DNA from: Candidatus Magasanikbacteria bacterium CG10_big_fil_rev_8_21_14_0_10_47_10
GTDB lineage: Bacteria; Patescibacteriota; Patescibacteriia; Magasanikbacterales; UBA922
Length of the DNA stretch: 64,000 bases
Direction: 5' to 3'
Assembly: GCA_002773135.1 (NCBI GenBank)
Contig: PFCB01000028.1
Location: forward strand, 4,203-68,202
Numbering within the stretch: the stretch's first letter is position 1; each line of letters starts with the position of its first letter. Below the pieces are notes generated by a model, which saw only the letters and a program-made list of their open reading frames with translations, did not search any database and was not told the origin of the DNA. The position numbers were made by a program, and so were the translations under genes. Shown here piece by piece: positions 30,426 through 39,544 of the stretch.

Positions 30426-32639
30426 ATGAACCTCCGTAGCCTCGTCGGAATCGTTTTTTTCTTCAACTTCGCGGCGTGCATCGTGGGGGCGCCCGCCGGC
30501 GGCCCGGCTGAGTGCTACTCTGTCCGCGACTGCGCGGACAGCGGGCACTTCGCCTGCGTCAACGAGGAGTGCGTCGAGGTTGAGGACCCCGACGCCGATG
30601 TCAGCGGCAACGGCGGCGCGGGCGGCAGCATCGGCAGCCCGGACTTTGGTCCGGACGCCGAGCTGCCCGACATGATGGGCCCGCCCCCGTGCGAACCCGA
30701 CGTCGAGTGCGTTGTCCCCGATGCGCTCGGCCCGTGTGCCGATGGTGTCACGGTCTGCACCGAAGGCGGCGAGGTCTGCGATCCGGTCGCAACTCCGCAA
30801 GAGGAAGTGTGCGACGGCGTGGACAACAACTGCAACGGCGAGACGGACGAAGGCGACCTCGACAGGTCGTGCTTCTCCGGCAGGCCCGAGCAGATCGACG
30901 TCGGCATCTGCCACGCAGGCACCCAAGCCTGCGTCAACGGCGCCTACGGCGACTGCGACGGCGAGACCCTGCCCGAGCTCGAGGGCGACGTGCCCGACGG
31001 CGAGGACAACAACTGCGACGGATCCGCTGACGAGGGCTTCGACTGCCTCCCTGGCATCGAAGACCGCGAATGCGGCCGCTTGCAGGTTGGCACGTGCCGA
31101 CCCGGCCTTCAGTCCTGTCAGCCCGACGGAACCTGGAGCGATTGCGAGGGACAAACCCTCCCCGCGCCCGAGTTCTGCGATGGCATGGACAACAACTGCG
31201 ACGGCATGGTCGACAACAACGCCATGGACGCCGATGGTGTCTGCGCCCTGGGCACTGGTGCATGCGTGCGCCAAGGCCTCGGAATCTGCTTCGATGGCAG
31301 AATCATCTGCAACGCGGTCCCGGGAGTTCCGGGGACCGAGCGCTGCAGCGACAACATGGACAACGACTGCGACGGCCAGATCGATGAAGGCTTCCCCGAC
31401 CTGGGAATGGCCTGCGAGGCCGGCATCGGCGAGTGCGCTCGTCAGGGCACACTCGTCTGCGCGGGCGATCGACTCGCCTGCAGCGCGGTTCCAGGACAGA
31501 CCGCCGCCGAGATCTGTGACGGACTCGACAACGACTGCGACGGTGAGACAGACGAGGACATGCTGGGCAACCCGCTGTCCCAGCTGTGCTACACCGGCCC
31601 TGTCGGGACTCAAGGCGTTGGACTGTGCCGCACCGGCGTACAGACCTGCCAGAACAGTCGCTTCGGCGACTGCCTCGGGCAGGTCCTGCCAGTGCAGGAA
31701 CAGTGTGGCGACGGAAACGATGAAGACTGCAACGGCATGATCGACGAGTCCTGCTGCGACCCCAGCCCCGAGATCTGTAACGGTCGCGACGACGACTGCG
31801 ACCGCCAGATCGACGAGGGCAACCCGGGTGGCGGCGCGGCCTGCGACACCGGACAGTTCGGACTCTGCGGACCCGGCACCATGACCTGCCAGAACGGACA
31901 GGTCGAGTGTGCCGGCGTGGATCCGGCTGCCGAGATCTGCGATGGTCTGGACAACGACTGCAACGGTGAAGTCGACGATGGCTTCAACGTAGGAGCGGCC
32001 TGCGCGGTCGGCATCGGTCTGTGCGAACGCACCGGCCGCATTGCTTGCCAGGCCGGCTTGGCCGCGTGCGACGCGGTCCCGGGACAGCCCGCCGTCGAGA
32101 TCTGCAACGGACTCGACGACGACTGCGACGGGATGGCCGACGAACACAACGTGCCGCTGGTGCAAGACGGAGACCTCTCGGTCTACACCTGCTCCCCCGA
32201 CTTCGTGGTGCAGGATCTCGGAGGCGGTCAGTTTCTGCGGATCGACCGCAACAGTCAGCCCATCCTCCAGCAAGCCGCGGCGGCCAACGCCTGCGCGGCG
32301 CGGGGCATGCGCCTCCCCACCATCGCAGAGCTGCGGTCGTGGATCGAGGGCTGCCCGACTACGGAAACGGGCGGTGCCTGCCGCATCACAGACGCGGCTG
32401 GCTGTGCCGGCCTTGCCGCTTGCGAGGACCGGGCGAACTGCCAGTGCGCCGCGGCCATGGGGCCGGCTGCCGATGGCTGCTACTGGGCAGCCGGCGTCTG
32501 GCAGGGCGAGTGCAGCCAGAACTGGAGCAGCCGCGTTGATGGCGCCTACGCCATCGCGGCAGTCTTCATCTCCGGCCGCGTCACCGGGTACCAACCACAG
32601 CCCTACGCCTACCGTTGCGTGGCCCCCGGCCTGCCCTAA
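30426..32639 (+). CDS. Cys/Asp-rich repeat lipoprotein (MopE-related putative metal-binding repeats) with DUF1566-like C-terminal domain
   Basis: Lipobox-like FAA-C18, nine copies of E.C(D/N)G.D.(N/D)C(D/N)G..DE-like repeats, C-terminal C...GMRLPTIAELRS...CYW. Strongly GC-rich codons. Confidence 0.88.
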   Translation: MNLRSLVGIVFFFNFAACIVGAPAGGPAECYSVRDCADSGHFACVNEECVEVEDPDADVSGNGGAGGSIGSPDFGPDAELPDMMGPPPCEPDVECVVPDALGPCADGVTVCTEGGEVCDPVATPQEEVCDGVDNNCNGETDEGDLDRSCFSGRPEQIDVGICHAGTQACVNGAYGDCDGETLPELEGDVPDGEDNNCDGSADEGFDCLPGIEDRECGRLQVGTCRPGLQSCQPDGTWSDCEGQTLPAPEFCDGMDNNCDGMVDNNAMDADGVCALGTGACVRQGLGICFDGRIICNAVPGVPGTERCSDNMDNDCDGQIDEGFPDLGMACEAGIGECARQGTLVCAGDRLACSAVPGQTAAEICDGLDNDCDGETDEDMLGNPLSQLCYTGPVGTQGVGLCRTGVQTCQNSRFGDCLGQVLPVQEQCGDGNDEDCNGMIDESCCDPSPEICNGRDDDCDRQIDEGNPGGGAACDTGQFGLCGPGTMTCQNGQVECAGVDPAAEICDGLDNDCNGEVDDGFNVGAACAVGIGLCERTGRIACQAGLAACDAVPGQPAVEICNGLDDDCDGMADEHNVPLVQDGDLSVYTCSPDFVVQDLGGGQFLRIDRNSQPILQQAAAANACAARGMRLPTIAELRSWIEGCPTTETGGACRITDAAGCAGLAACEDRANCQCAAAMGPAADGCYWAAGVWQGECSQNWSSRVDGAYAIAAVFISGRVTGYQPQPYAYRCVAPGLP

Positions 32640-32726
32640 CCCACTTCTTCCATTTTTCCCTGGAAGTCCGCCACGGCGGACTCGGGAACCTACCAAGGAG
32701 CGCCTCTCTTCATGTTGAAGAGGGGC

Positions 32727-32768
32727 ACAAACAAAAACCCGCCTTATAAAAGGCGGGTTTTTGTTTGT
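32727..32768. terminator. Bidirectional intrinsic terminator
   Basis: ACAAACAAAAACCCGCCTT-ATAA-AAGGCGGGTTTTTGTTTGT. Confidence 0.85.
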
Positions 32769-32776
32769 ACATACCG

Positions 32777-32805
32777 TTGACAAACACGCTTTTTTTTGCT
32801 AAAGT
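32777..32805 (+). promoter_or_regulatory. sigma70-like promoter
   Basis: TTGACA-N14-TGC-TAAAGT, directly after the terminator. Confidence 0.65.
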
Positions 32806-32853
32806 TTGCAGGCAAATTGCTGTCCAATTCGGACGGCAGCGCATGGAGGAACT

Positions 32854-33645
32854 GTGTCCGATCATCCGATCAAGAGCGCCGCGCACGACGCGGCGGAGAA
32901 GTTCACCCGAGACGGCCGACCGGCAGATGGGGTGGTCTACCGCGCCGTCCTGCCGGACAGCCGATCGAGCAGCTACTTCACCAGCTTCGGCTTCCAAGGC
33001 GTGGGGATGACCGCCCTTGGGTACCAGGTCGTGATGACCAGCTACTTCGAACCCATGATCAGAATGGGAGCGATCACGGGCTGGCGCGACAACGCCCCGC
33101 GCTACATCTATGCCCTGAGGGGAGGTGAGGCCATCGCGTGGACCGAGCTGGGTTGTCTGGCCAAGAAGGGCCAGAGCCAGCAGGAGAAGGTCCGCCTCTT
33201 CCCCGGCATCATGCCGGGCAGCGGCGCTGCGCGCGCCCAGACCGTCATGATGGACGCAGGCGGCACGCTCTGGCTGACGCGCAACGGAGAGACCGACCGC
33301 TTCTACCGCCTGGTCAAGACCGAGAGCGGCAGCTGGCGGCACATCGAACCGGTCATCCTGCAGGGACGACACACGGGGTGCTACATCGAGGCTGCCTCCA
33401 TGAGGAGCGATCACATCGCCGTGATCCGCTCGCGCCAAGATGGCACTCCGGCCTGGATGGAATCCTACGGGTTCAACGGTCGCTTTATTCCGGGCGCAGC
33501 CGACGAAGGACCCCGCACCCCTTGGCTGTACGGGTTGACCTTCCGAGCCGGCGATCCGGAACCATGGACCGTGATCGATACCACCACGCGCAAGGCCACG
33601 GTGCCGCGCGGCATCTACCGCGGCACCAAGTTGGTGCGGCGGTAG
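32854..33645 (+). CDS. GC-rich orphan protein (possibly beta-propeller-like); frame continues past the TAG to 33783
   Basis: GGAGG SD then GTG 32854, GC3-rich codons. TAG 33643-33645 is immediately followed by in-frame ATG...ALAFLPNGDLLVLQY...TGA 33783. Confidence 0.7.
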   Translation: MSDHPIKSAAHDAAEKFTRDGRPADGVVYRAVLPDSRSSSYFTSFGFQGVGMTALGYQVVMTSYFEPMIRMGAITGWRDNAPRYIYALRGGEAIAWTELGCLAKKGQSQQEKVRLFPGIMPGSGAARAQTVMMDAGGTLWLTRNGETDRFYRLVKTESGSWRHIEPVILQGRHTGCYIEAASMRSDHIAVIRSRQDGTPAWMESYGFNGRFIPGAADEGPRTPWLYGLTFRAGDPEPWTVIDTTTRKATVPRGIYRGTKLVRR

Positions 33646-33661
33646 ATGCCGCGCGGCACCG
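33599..33661. repeat. Near-perfect 63-nt inverted repeat (31-bp arms, one mismatch, 1-nt centre)
   Basis: CGGTGCCGCGCGGCATCTACCGCGGCACCAA-G-TTGGTGCGGCGGTAGATGCCGCGCGGCACCG. Confidence 0.92.
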
Positions 33662-33860
33662 CCCTCGCCTTCCTGCCCAATGGCGACCTGCTGGTCCTGC
33701 AGTACCGCCATGGCCATGGCGCCTTTGGCCGACCCGGCCGACTGGCCATCGTCAGCGCGGGCGCCCTTCCACCGCCGGTGTGACATGTTCCACCGCCTAC
33801 CGCATGGGGACTGGCCATCCCCTTCCATTCAATGCGTAGAATACATATTGTATTCATTGA

Positions 33861-33898
33861 AAACAAAACACCGCCCTCTCTGAGGCGGTGTTTTGTTT
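33861..33898. terminator. Bidirectional intrinsic terminator
   Basis: AAACAAAACACCGCC-CTCTCTGA-GGCGGTGTTTTGTTT between convergent genes. Confidence 0.85.
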
Positions 33899-33908
33899 CT
33901 TAAAATAT

Positions 33909-34787
33909 TTATTGCAAGTAGTACCCCAAAAGCAGACAAATAGCACCAACACCACCAACCACCATGCCAATGACATCACGCTTGCGCACCTGCCGCGCTT
34001 CACGAAAAATGTACAACCCTACCATCACTGCGCCCAGCGTATAAAAAAACGCTTGCAATGGATAAAGGACTGTCGCTGGATACACAAGCAGCGCATAGTA
34101 CACCGATGAAAGCGACCCGACAATGCACAGTGACAACAATACTGAGTGCGCGTAAACCTTCTTTCCTCGCATCAAACTCCAATCGCGCTCTACGATACGC
34201 GGCACAAATGATCCTGCGCACCCCCCAATGTACCACGATGTGACGTAGGTAATTAATGGGATCCCCTTTACCGCAAAAAAATTAACCAAAAAATTGATCA
34301 CACCGACCACTAACACAAACCCGACCAGAGCGAATAGCCAGTCCTTTTGCTCTTGTGAGCGATCGGTCGATGATTTTTTATAAAATAATGTAATGGCCCC
34401 GAGTGTTGCCAGGACGCCGACCCAAACAAGCGCGCCAGGAGCTGTCCGAAAATCAAAAAACGCCCATTCTCCCAAAAAAAGAGCACTCAGTCCGACGGCC
34501 AAGCCATTGATGAAAGGCAAGAATAAAATTGTCTTCGACAAACTCAGATGAACACCCCGAGCAAAAAACCACGCCCCGATTGCGTTGAATGCTCCTATCA
34601 AAAAAACCGGTAAGAGAACCGGAACACTTTGGGTAAAGAAAAAAGCGATCATCGTGACGAGCAAGGCAGACCAAATATACATGGTATTCACCACCACGCT
34701 CGCCTTGTGCCGCGCAAGAAGCTTTTTATTGAAATACTGACTAACGATTGCCGCGAGAATTCCAAGGACAAAAATGACAGGCACCAT
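33909..34787 (-). CDS. EamA/DMT-family transporter
   Basis: 292 aa, about 10 hydrophobic helices, two repeats ending LFLGE and YIFRE. Confidence 0.75.
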   Translation of the reverse strand: MVPVIFVLGILAAIVSQYFNKKLLARHKASVVVNTMYIWSALLVTMIAFFFTQSVPVLLPVFLIGAFNAIGAWFFARGVHLSLSKTILFLPFINGLAVGLSALFLGEWAFFDFRTAPGALVWVGVLATLGAITLFYKKSSTDRSQEQKDWLFALVGFVLVVGVINFLVNFFAVKGIPLITYVTSWYIGGCAGSFVPRIVERDWSLMRGKKVYAHSVLLSLCIVGSLSSVYYALLVYPATVLYPLQAFFYTLGAVMVGLYIFREARQVRKRDVIGMVVGGVGAICLLLGYYLQ

Positions 34788-34790
34788 ACG

Positions 34791-35546
34791 CTAACTGTTA
34801 TCCTCTGCGAGTGATTTGATATATCCTTCATTTCTTTCATACATCCCATTCAACTCCCGCCACTGTGGGTGAGCATCCACAAGCGCGCGAATATCAGCCA
34901 TTGAGCAGGGTCCTCCTGCTTCTTTGCAGGCCGCGGCAACATGTCGCAAAAAATCCAAATCTTCCGGGGTGTCCAGCGTCCATCGATATCCCGACCAATC
35001 TGCATCATGCACAATATTGCCTATAGCAAACAGAGTGGGATTCTTCCATATATAGGGCGTGACATGCTCACGCTCAGAAGAGAGCCCTGCTTCATTCCAC
35101 GCGCGTTCCAGAGCCTGAAACGAAAATACTTCAACGTCGATTCCGTCCGGATAGGTTGCCGGCTGCGTATTTGCGACATAGTCGTAGCCCCCTTTTTGAA
35201 ATTCTTGAACAATCCGGTCAATAACAGCAGGATCCATAAAAGGGCAATCGCCGGTTATTCTGATGACACTGTCGGCGTTTACTTTTTTTGCGGCCTGATA
35301 ATATCGATCAAGGACATCATCTTCACTTCCTCTGTACACCGTGAGTCCCCGCTCCTCCGCCCACGTTGCAAGCGGATCATCTTTCGCGTCAGTGGTTGTT
35401 GCCAACACAACCTGCTGAGTTGTGAGAGATCGTTTCACCGCATCCACAACATGCGCTATTGCCGGTCTGCCAGCGATATCAAGAAGCATCTTTCCCGGCA
35501 AGCGCGAAGACCCCATTCGCGCCTGAATAATAGCGACAACCTTCAT
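34791..35546 (-). CDS. SpsF-type acylneuraminate cytidylyltransferase family protein (candidate PseF equivalent)
   Basis: IIQARMGSSRLPGK, RGSEDDVLDRY, RITGDCP, REHVT, TLDT.ED. Confidence 0.9.
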   Translation of the reverse strand: MKVVAIIQARMGSSRLPGKMLLDIAGRPAIAHVVDAVKRSLTTQQVVLATTTDAKDDPLATWAEERGLTVYRGSEDDVLDRYYQAAKKVNADSVIRITGDCPFMDPAVIDRIVQEFQKGGYDYVANTQPATYPDGIDVEVFSFQALERAWNEAGLSSEREHVTPYIWKNPTLFAIGNIVHDADWSGYRWTLDTPEDLDFLRHVAAACKEAGGPCSMADIRALVDAHPQWRELNGMYERNEGYIKSLAEDNS

Positions 35547-36541
35547 ACGTAAGAAATAGAAATAAATCGCCCGGTCTCGTTGGACTCCTTTGCCGCAACT
35601 ATCAACCGCACGACGGCCGCACCGGAGGCAAGCGGCGTTTTTGTTTGCGTCCGCGCGTCTACGGCCTCCAAAAAATGGCGCGCTTCTTCTACATACATAT
35701 CATTAATGTCGTAATCCTCTACAAGGGGAAACTCCTCTTCATCGTGTTCCTTGGTCTTGAGAATGATTTTCTTTTCCGGCATAGACCAAAGAATAGTCCC
35801 TTTTTCGCCGACAAACTCAAAATTTCGTTGATAAAACCGCTGCAAGTAATCAAGGTGTATTTCCCCAATAGCACCGTTTTCAAATCGTAAAATCGTAGCG
35901 GCAACGTCTTCTACATCTATGTCAAGATCACTTACTGTATCAGCAAAGCAGGCAAGCTGTTTTACCGGCCCCACAAACCATGTAAGATAATCAAACTCAT
36001 GTGAATCAAGCAAAATTCCTCCACCTAATTTCTTATTTGCACTATACCCCTGTTTATAATCTTCCCAAGGATGCCAGTCTGGCAAATATTGGCCAAACTG
36101 ACAGCGAGCTGTCAAAATTTTTCCAATCGTCCCGGCATCAATAAGTTCTTTCATTTTGATAAACAATGGATAAAACTTCCAATTGCTCCCAACCATGGTG
36201 ATCAGATTCTTTTCTTTGGCTACTGCAATGAGTTGATCCATACCTTCCAATGAATGCGATACTGGCTTTTCTATAAACAAATGACACCCCTTATCTGCAC
36301 AATACAGAGCTTGCTCCATATGATATAGAGAAGGAGAGCAAACAAAAGCAATGTCAAAGGATTCGGCTTCAAACGCTTCCTCCATTGAGGGATAGACAGG
36401 AATGCCAAATTCATCTTTCAACGGCTGAATTCTGTCGGCATTCACCTCTACAATTGCCACTCCTTTTTCGCCCAACGAAATAAGATTCCTGGCGTGACGC
36501 TTTCCAATGGATCCGCCTCCCAAAACGAGAATGTGTTTCAT
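35543..36541 (-). CDS. Gfo/Idh/MocA family oxidoreductase
   Basis: GGGSIGKRH, IEKP, YLPDWHPWEDY, GGGILLDSHEFD. Confidence 0.9.
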   Translation of the reverse strand: MKHILVLGGGSIGKRHARNLISLGEKGVAIVEVNADRIQPLKDEFGIPVYPSMEEAFEAESFDIAFVCSPSLYHMEQALYCADKGCHLFIEKPVSHSLEGMDQLIAVAKEKNLITMVGSNWKFYPLFIKMKELIDAGTIGKILTARCQFGQYLPDWHPWEDYKQGYSANKKLGGGILLDSHEFDYLTWFVGPVKQLACFADTVSDLDIDVEDVAATILRFENGAIGEIHLDYLQRFYQRNFEFVGEKGTILWSMPEKKIILKTKEHDEEEFPLVEDYDINDMYVEEARHFLEAVDARTQTKTPLASGAAVVRLIVAAKESNETGRFISISYV

Positions 36542-37179
36542 AGGTAGGGCTGTATATCACAAAAAAATTGATCCTTGTTCTCAAAAAGAATAGTGCGTAA
36601 CCCCACCTCACGCGCCACCGCGATCTTGCTTTTGGAATTATCAATAAAGAGTGCCTCTTCCGGTGTCGCTCCCATCTGTTCCAGCATCTGCTCAAAAATC
36701 TCAGGACCGTCCGTTTTCATGCGGCCAACACCGGCATCGCAGCTAAACAGTATGGATTCAAATATTTCATTCAAATCGTGTTCCTGCCGGATATGGTCTC
36801 GCATTTCAACAGTTAAATCGGACAACAACCCGACACGGTATGTCTTTTGCAATTGCTTTGCAACGGTCAGCATATCGGGCCACAATGTATAGGAAGACAA
36901 ATACGCAGCAGAAAGCGCGCCCGGATTGATATCACTGTCTTCTGACAATCCAAAATGATTCATAACCCGTTGCCAAAATTCTGTTCCCTCGTATTTGCCG
37001 CGATAATAATCATTATACAGGGGGCGAACCGCTTTTGCGATATCGTCCGGGCCAAGCCTAACTTTTTGCTGCAACGCAGCCGACGCGAACGGTTCACCCT
37101 CGCTACAACAAACACCGCCCCAATCAAAAATAATGGCATGTATTTTCTCTTTCATGTTGTCTGCCGTGTCTTGTGCCAT
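36538..37179 (-). CDS. HAD-superfamily phosphatase
   Basis: IIFDWGGV, LLSD, K, FID motifs. Start at 37179 or 37155. Confidence 0.85.
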   Translation of the reverse strand: MAQDTADNMKEKIHAIIFDWGGVCCSEGEPFASAALQQKVRLGPDDIAKAVRPLYNDYYRGKYEGTEFWQRVMNHFGLSEDSDINPGALSAAYLSSYTLWPDMLTVAKQLQKTYRVGLLSDLTVEMRDHIRQEHDLNEIFESILFSCDAGVGRMKTDGPEIFEQMLEQMGATPEEALFIDNSKSKIAVAREVGLRTILFENKDQFFCDIQPYL

Positions 37180-37180
37180 A

Positions 37181-39544
37181 TTATTGCGTATTACGAACAG
37201 TCCGCGGCGCGACAATGTCACCCTCGAGTGACGCGACAATTGCGTCAATTGATTCAAAAGACGCCAACATATCACACGCTCGGTCAAATACGGTCAAAAA
37301 TTCATCCACGTGTTCACGGGTATGCAAATAACTCAGAAGCACGGAGCTTGTAAATAAGATACCGGATTTATGCAAGTGTTCATATACAAATGTTTTGTAC
37401 ACGCGCGCTTCATAGTCATCTTGCAACTGAATGGTCATGACCGGATGCGGTCCGCAACCGCTCAATATGATTGGAACCTCATACTTCCGGGCAATCGCGT
37501 TGCCCCGGTCTATCATGTATTGACCAATATCAAATAAGTGGGAATGCACATCACCAAACTCCCTCATCATGGCAATGGTTTCCAGGGCGGCGACCATCCC
37601 GGGAACATAGCCCCCAAAGGTTGTGGAGACAAATACTTCATCCATCCGGCGCATATATTCCGCTTTCCCGCAAATGGCGGACAAAGGAAATCCCCCTGAA
37701 ATAGCTTTCCCAAAACACCCTATGTCTGGCGTCACACCATAATACTCCTGCGCGCCACCCAACGCCCATCGAAACCCTGTGACCATTTCGTCAAAGATAA
37801 GCAGCGCACCGTGCGCGTGCGCTATTTCCTTTATTTTTGCAAGAAAATCATCGGTTGGATGCTCGGATGATGCAGGCTCCAGTATAACCGCGCAAATTGA
37901 GTCCGGATTCTCCCGAAATATTTTTTCCAATGACGCCGGATTGTTGTACTCAAAATCATGTGTCATTGTTTTTATACTCTCTGGCACGCCATTGCTGCGC
38001 CCGGCCTTCGTGCAAATACTCCAGTCTTGCCAGCCATGATAGCCGCACTTTGCAACGTGATCTCGGCCGGTCACATATCGTGCGAGACGGATGGCGCCGC
38101 TTGTCGCGTCATTACCATTGATTAAAAAACGGCTCATTTCCGCACAAGGTACGACCTCTCGTAAAACAGTGGCCAACTCCAATTCTTTTTCCGATGGCAA
38201 TGAAAAAATAGTGCCGCGGTCAATTTGTTCTTTCACCGCCGTATTTATTCTGTTATGCGCGTAACCAAATACCATGGGACCCAGCGCCATCAGAAAGTCG
38301 AGATACTTATTTCCGTCCGCATCCCATATATGCACGCCCTGCGCGCGTGCAATCGTAAGCGGCGTTACCCCCACCACAAACTGCGTTGGTGTTTTGCTCA
38401 ATGTCTGCGATGCCCCCGGGATATATTGTTGTATTTCTTTTAATTGTTCTCGTTTGTCCATATGAATTTGCGGCGTAAAGTAAGTGATTTCATCAAACGC
38501 CGTTAAAAATTTTGTGATATCTCCAGCCCAGGCGCTATCGGTTTTCGTATACATCTCCCGCAAGACATAAAGCGTTTTAATCAAAAAATCATCCAATATA
38601 AGCACGTGCAAAAGATCCTTCTCTTGGCGCGCCAGTGGCATTTCTGCTTCATACGCGCTCAAAAATATTTTGGTCAAAGACAGCGCTGTTGTCGCAACAT
38701 CTGCAGTGGACTGATCAACAAAAAATTGCCTGCCAAACCGATAGATCGCAAACGCGACATCACGCGCACGCTGACTCACGCGCAGTGCGTCAAAATCAAG
38801 AATCGCCGCGAGCGTATCTCCTTTCATGATCACGTTGTGAGGATGCAAATCAGAATGAATAATTTGCGTTGGTAGCGCGTCGATCTTGGCTCTGTTGGCA
38901 TCAACACGGACAACAGCGGCGCGGAGCGCCGGCATGGACGCTATGACCATTTCATCTGTCTGAGTGCGCACGTCCTTCTGCTCTATGTGCTCCGCAATTT
39001 CTACAAAATCTTTCTCTGTATAGGATGGTATGACATTAAAATATGCCTTTGTCTGTTTACTATGGCCTTCAATATCAGAAGCAAGAGTGGCCTCTAATCC
39101 CGCCAGCCCCTTGTGGACCTTTGCGACTGCCATGGCAACAGACGCCAGAGCCTCCTGCGTTGGAACAAAATGAGATCCATCAATAAAACGGAATACGGTG
39201 TACAATATGCCGTGACGCTGAACATATCCCTGCCCGTCAATGGTTTTAATGGCTTCACTTACAGGAATGCCCAGATCCATCAGCGCCTCCACAACCGACA
39301 TATATCTGCGAACTTGCGCTTCGCTATCAATCAGTTGATTTCTTCGCACCAGCAATGTTTCGTTCTCAAGTACCACCTTGTAGTTGCTCGAATTTATTTC
39401 ATTTCTACTCAATTGCGTAATATCGTGAATACCACCATTCTTTCCATACGCAGCCAAAATTTCAGCAAACATGCCCCAGTCCCCGGCATACGGCTCGTAG
39501 GTGATCAGCGGGTCAGAAAAATTGTCTTTTGGGAATACTGTCAT
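37181..39544 (-). CDS. Fusion of APH/type II homoserine kinase-like phosphotransferase and class III (GSA aminomutase-like) PLP aminotransferase
   Basis: N-terminal IIHSDLHPHNV and ILDFD. C-terminal D.DGNKYLD, GYHGWQDW, VILEP, LIFDEMVTGFR, FGKAISGGFP, STTFGG. Confidence 0.88.
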   Translation of the reverse strand: MTVFPKDNFSDPLITYEPYAGDWGMFAEILAAYGKNGGIHDITQLSRNEINSSNYKVVLENETLLVRRNQLIDSEAQVRRYMSVVEALMDLGIPVSEAIKTIDGQGYVQRHGILYTVFRFIDGSHFVPTQEALASVAMAVAKVHKGLAGLEATLASDIEGHSKQTKAYFNVIPSYTEKDFVEIAEHIEQKDVRTQTDEMVIASMPALRAAVVRVDANRAKIDALPTQIIHSDLHPHNVIMKGDTLAAILDFDALRVSQRARDVAFAIYRFGRQFFVDQSTADVATTALSLTKIFLSAYEAEMPLARQEKDLLHVLILDDFLIKTLYVLREMYTKTDSAWAGDITKFLTAFDEITYFTPQIHMDKREQLKEIQQYIPGASQTLSKTPTQFVVGVTPLTIARAQGVHIWDADGNKYLDFLMALGPMVFGYAHNRINTAVKEQIDRGTIFSLPSEKELELATVLREVVPCAEMSRFLINGNDATSGAIRLARYVTGRDHVAKCGYHGWQDWSICTKAGRSNGVPESIKTMTHDFEYNNPASLEKIFRENPDSICAVILEPASSEHPTDDFLAKIKEIAHAHGALLIFDEMVTGFRWALGGAQEYYGVTPDIGCFGKAISGGFPLSAICGKAEYMRRMDEVFVSTTFGGYVPGMVAALETIAMMREFGDVHSHLFDIGQYMIDRGNAIARKYEVPIILSGCGPHPVMTIQLQDDYEARVYKTFVYEHLHKSGILFTSSVLLSYLHTREHVDEFLTVFDRACDMLASFESIDAIVASLEGDIVAPRTVRNTQ

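Noticed and set aside
30345-32783. 812 aa minus-strand ORF
   Set aside because: Antisense shadow of the GC3-rich Cys-repeat gene. Its repeats (VAVVV) are the reverse reading of GAC/AAC codons, and the plus strand has the promoter, signal peptide and terminator.
32710-33839. 372 aa minus-strand and 233 aa alternative-frame ORFs
   Set aside because: Stop-poor shadows in GC-rich DNA. The 32854 frame has the SD, promoter and codon bias.
37181-38461. hemL (tetrapyrrole synthesis)
   Set aside because: GSAM-like fold, but fused to a kinase inside a pse operon with no other hem genes.
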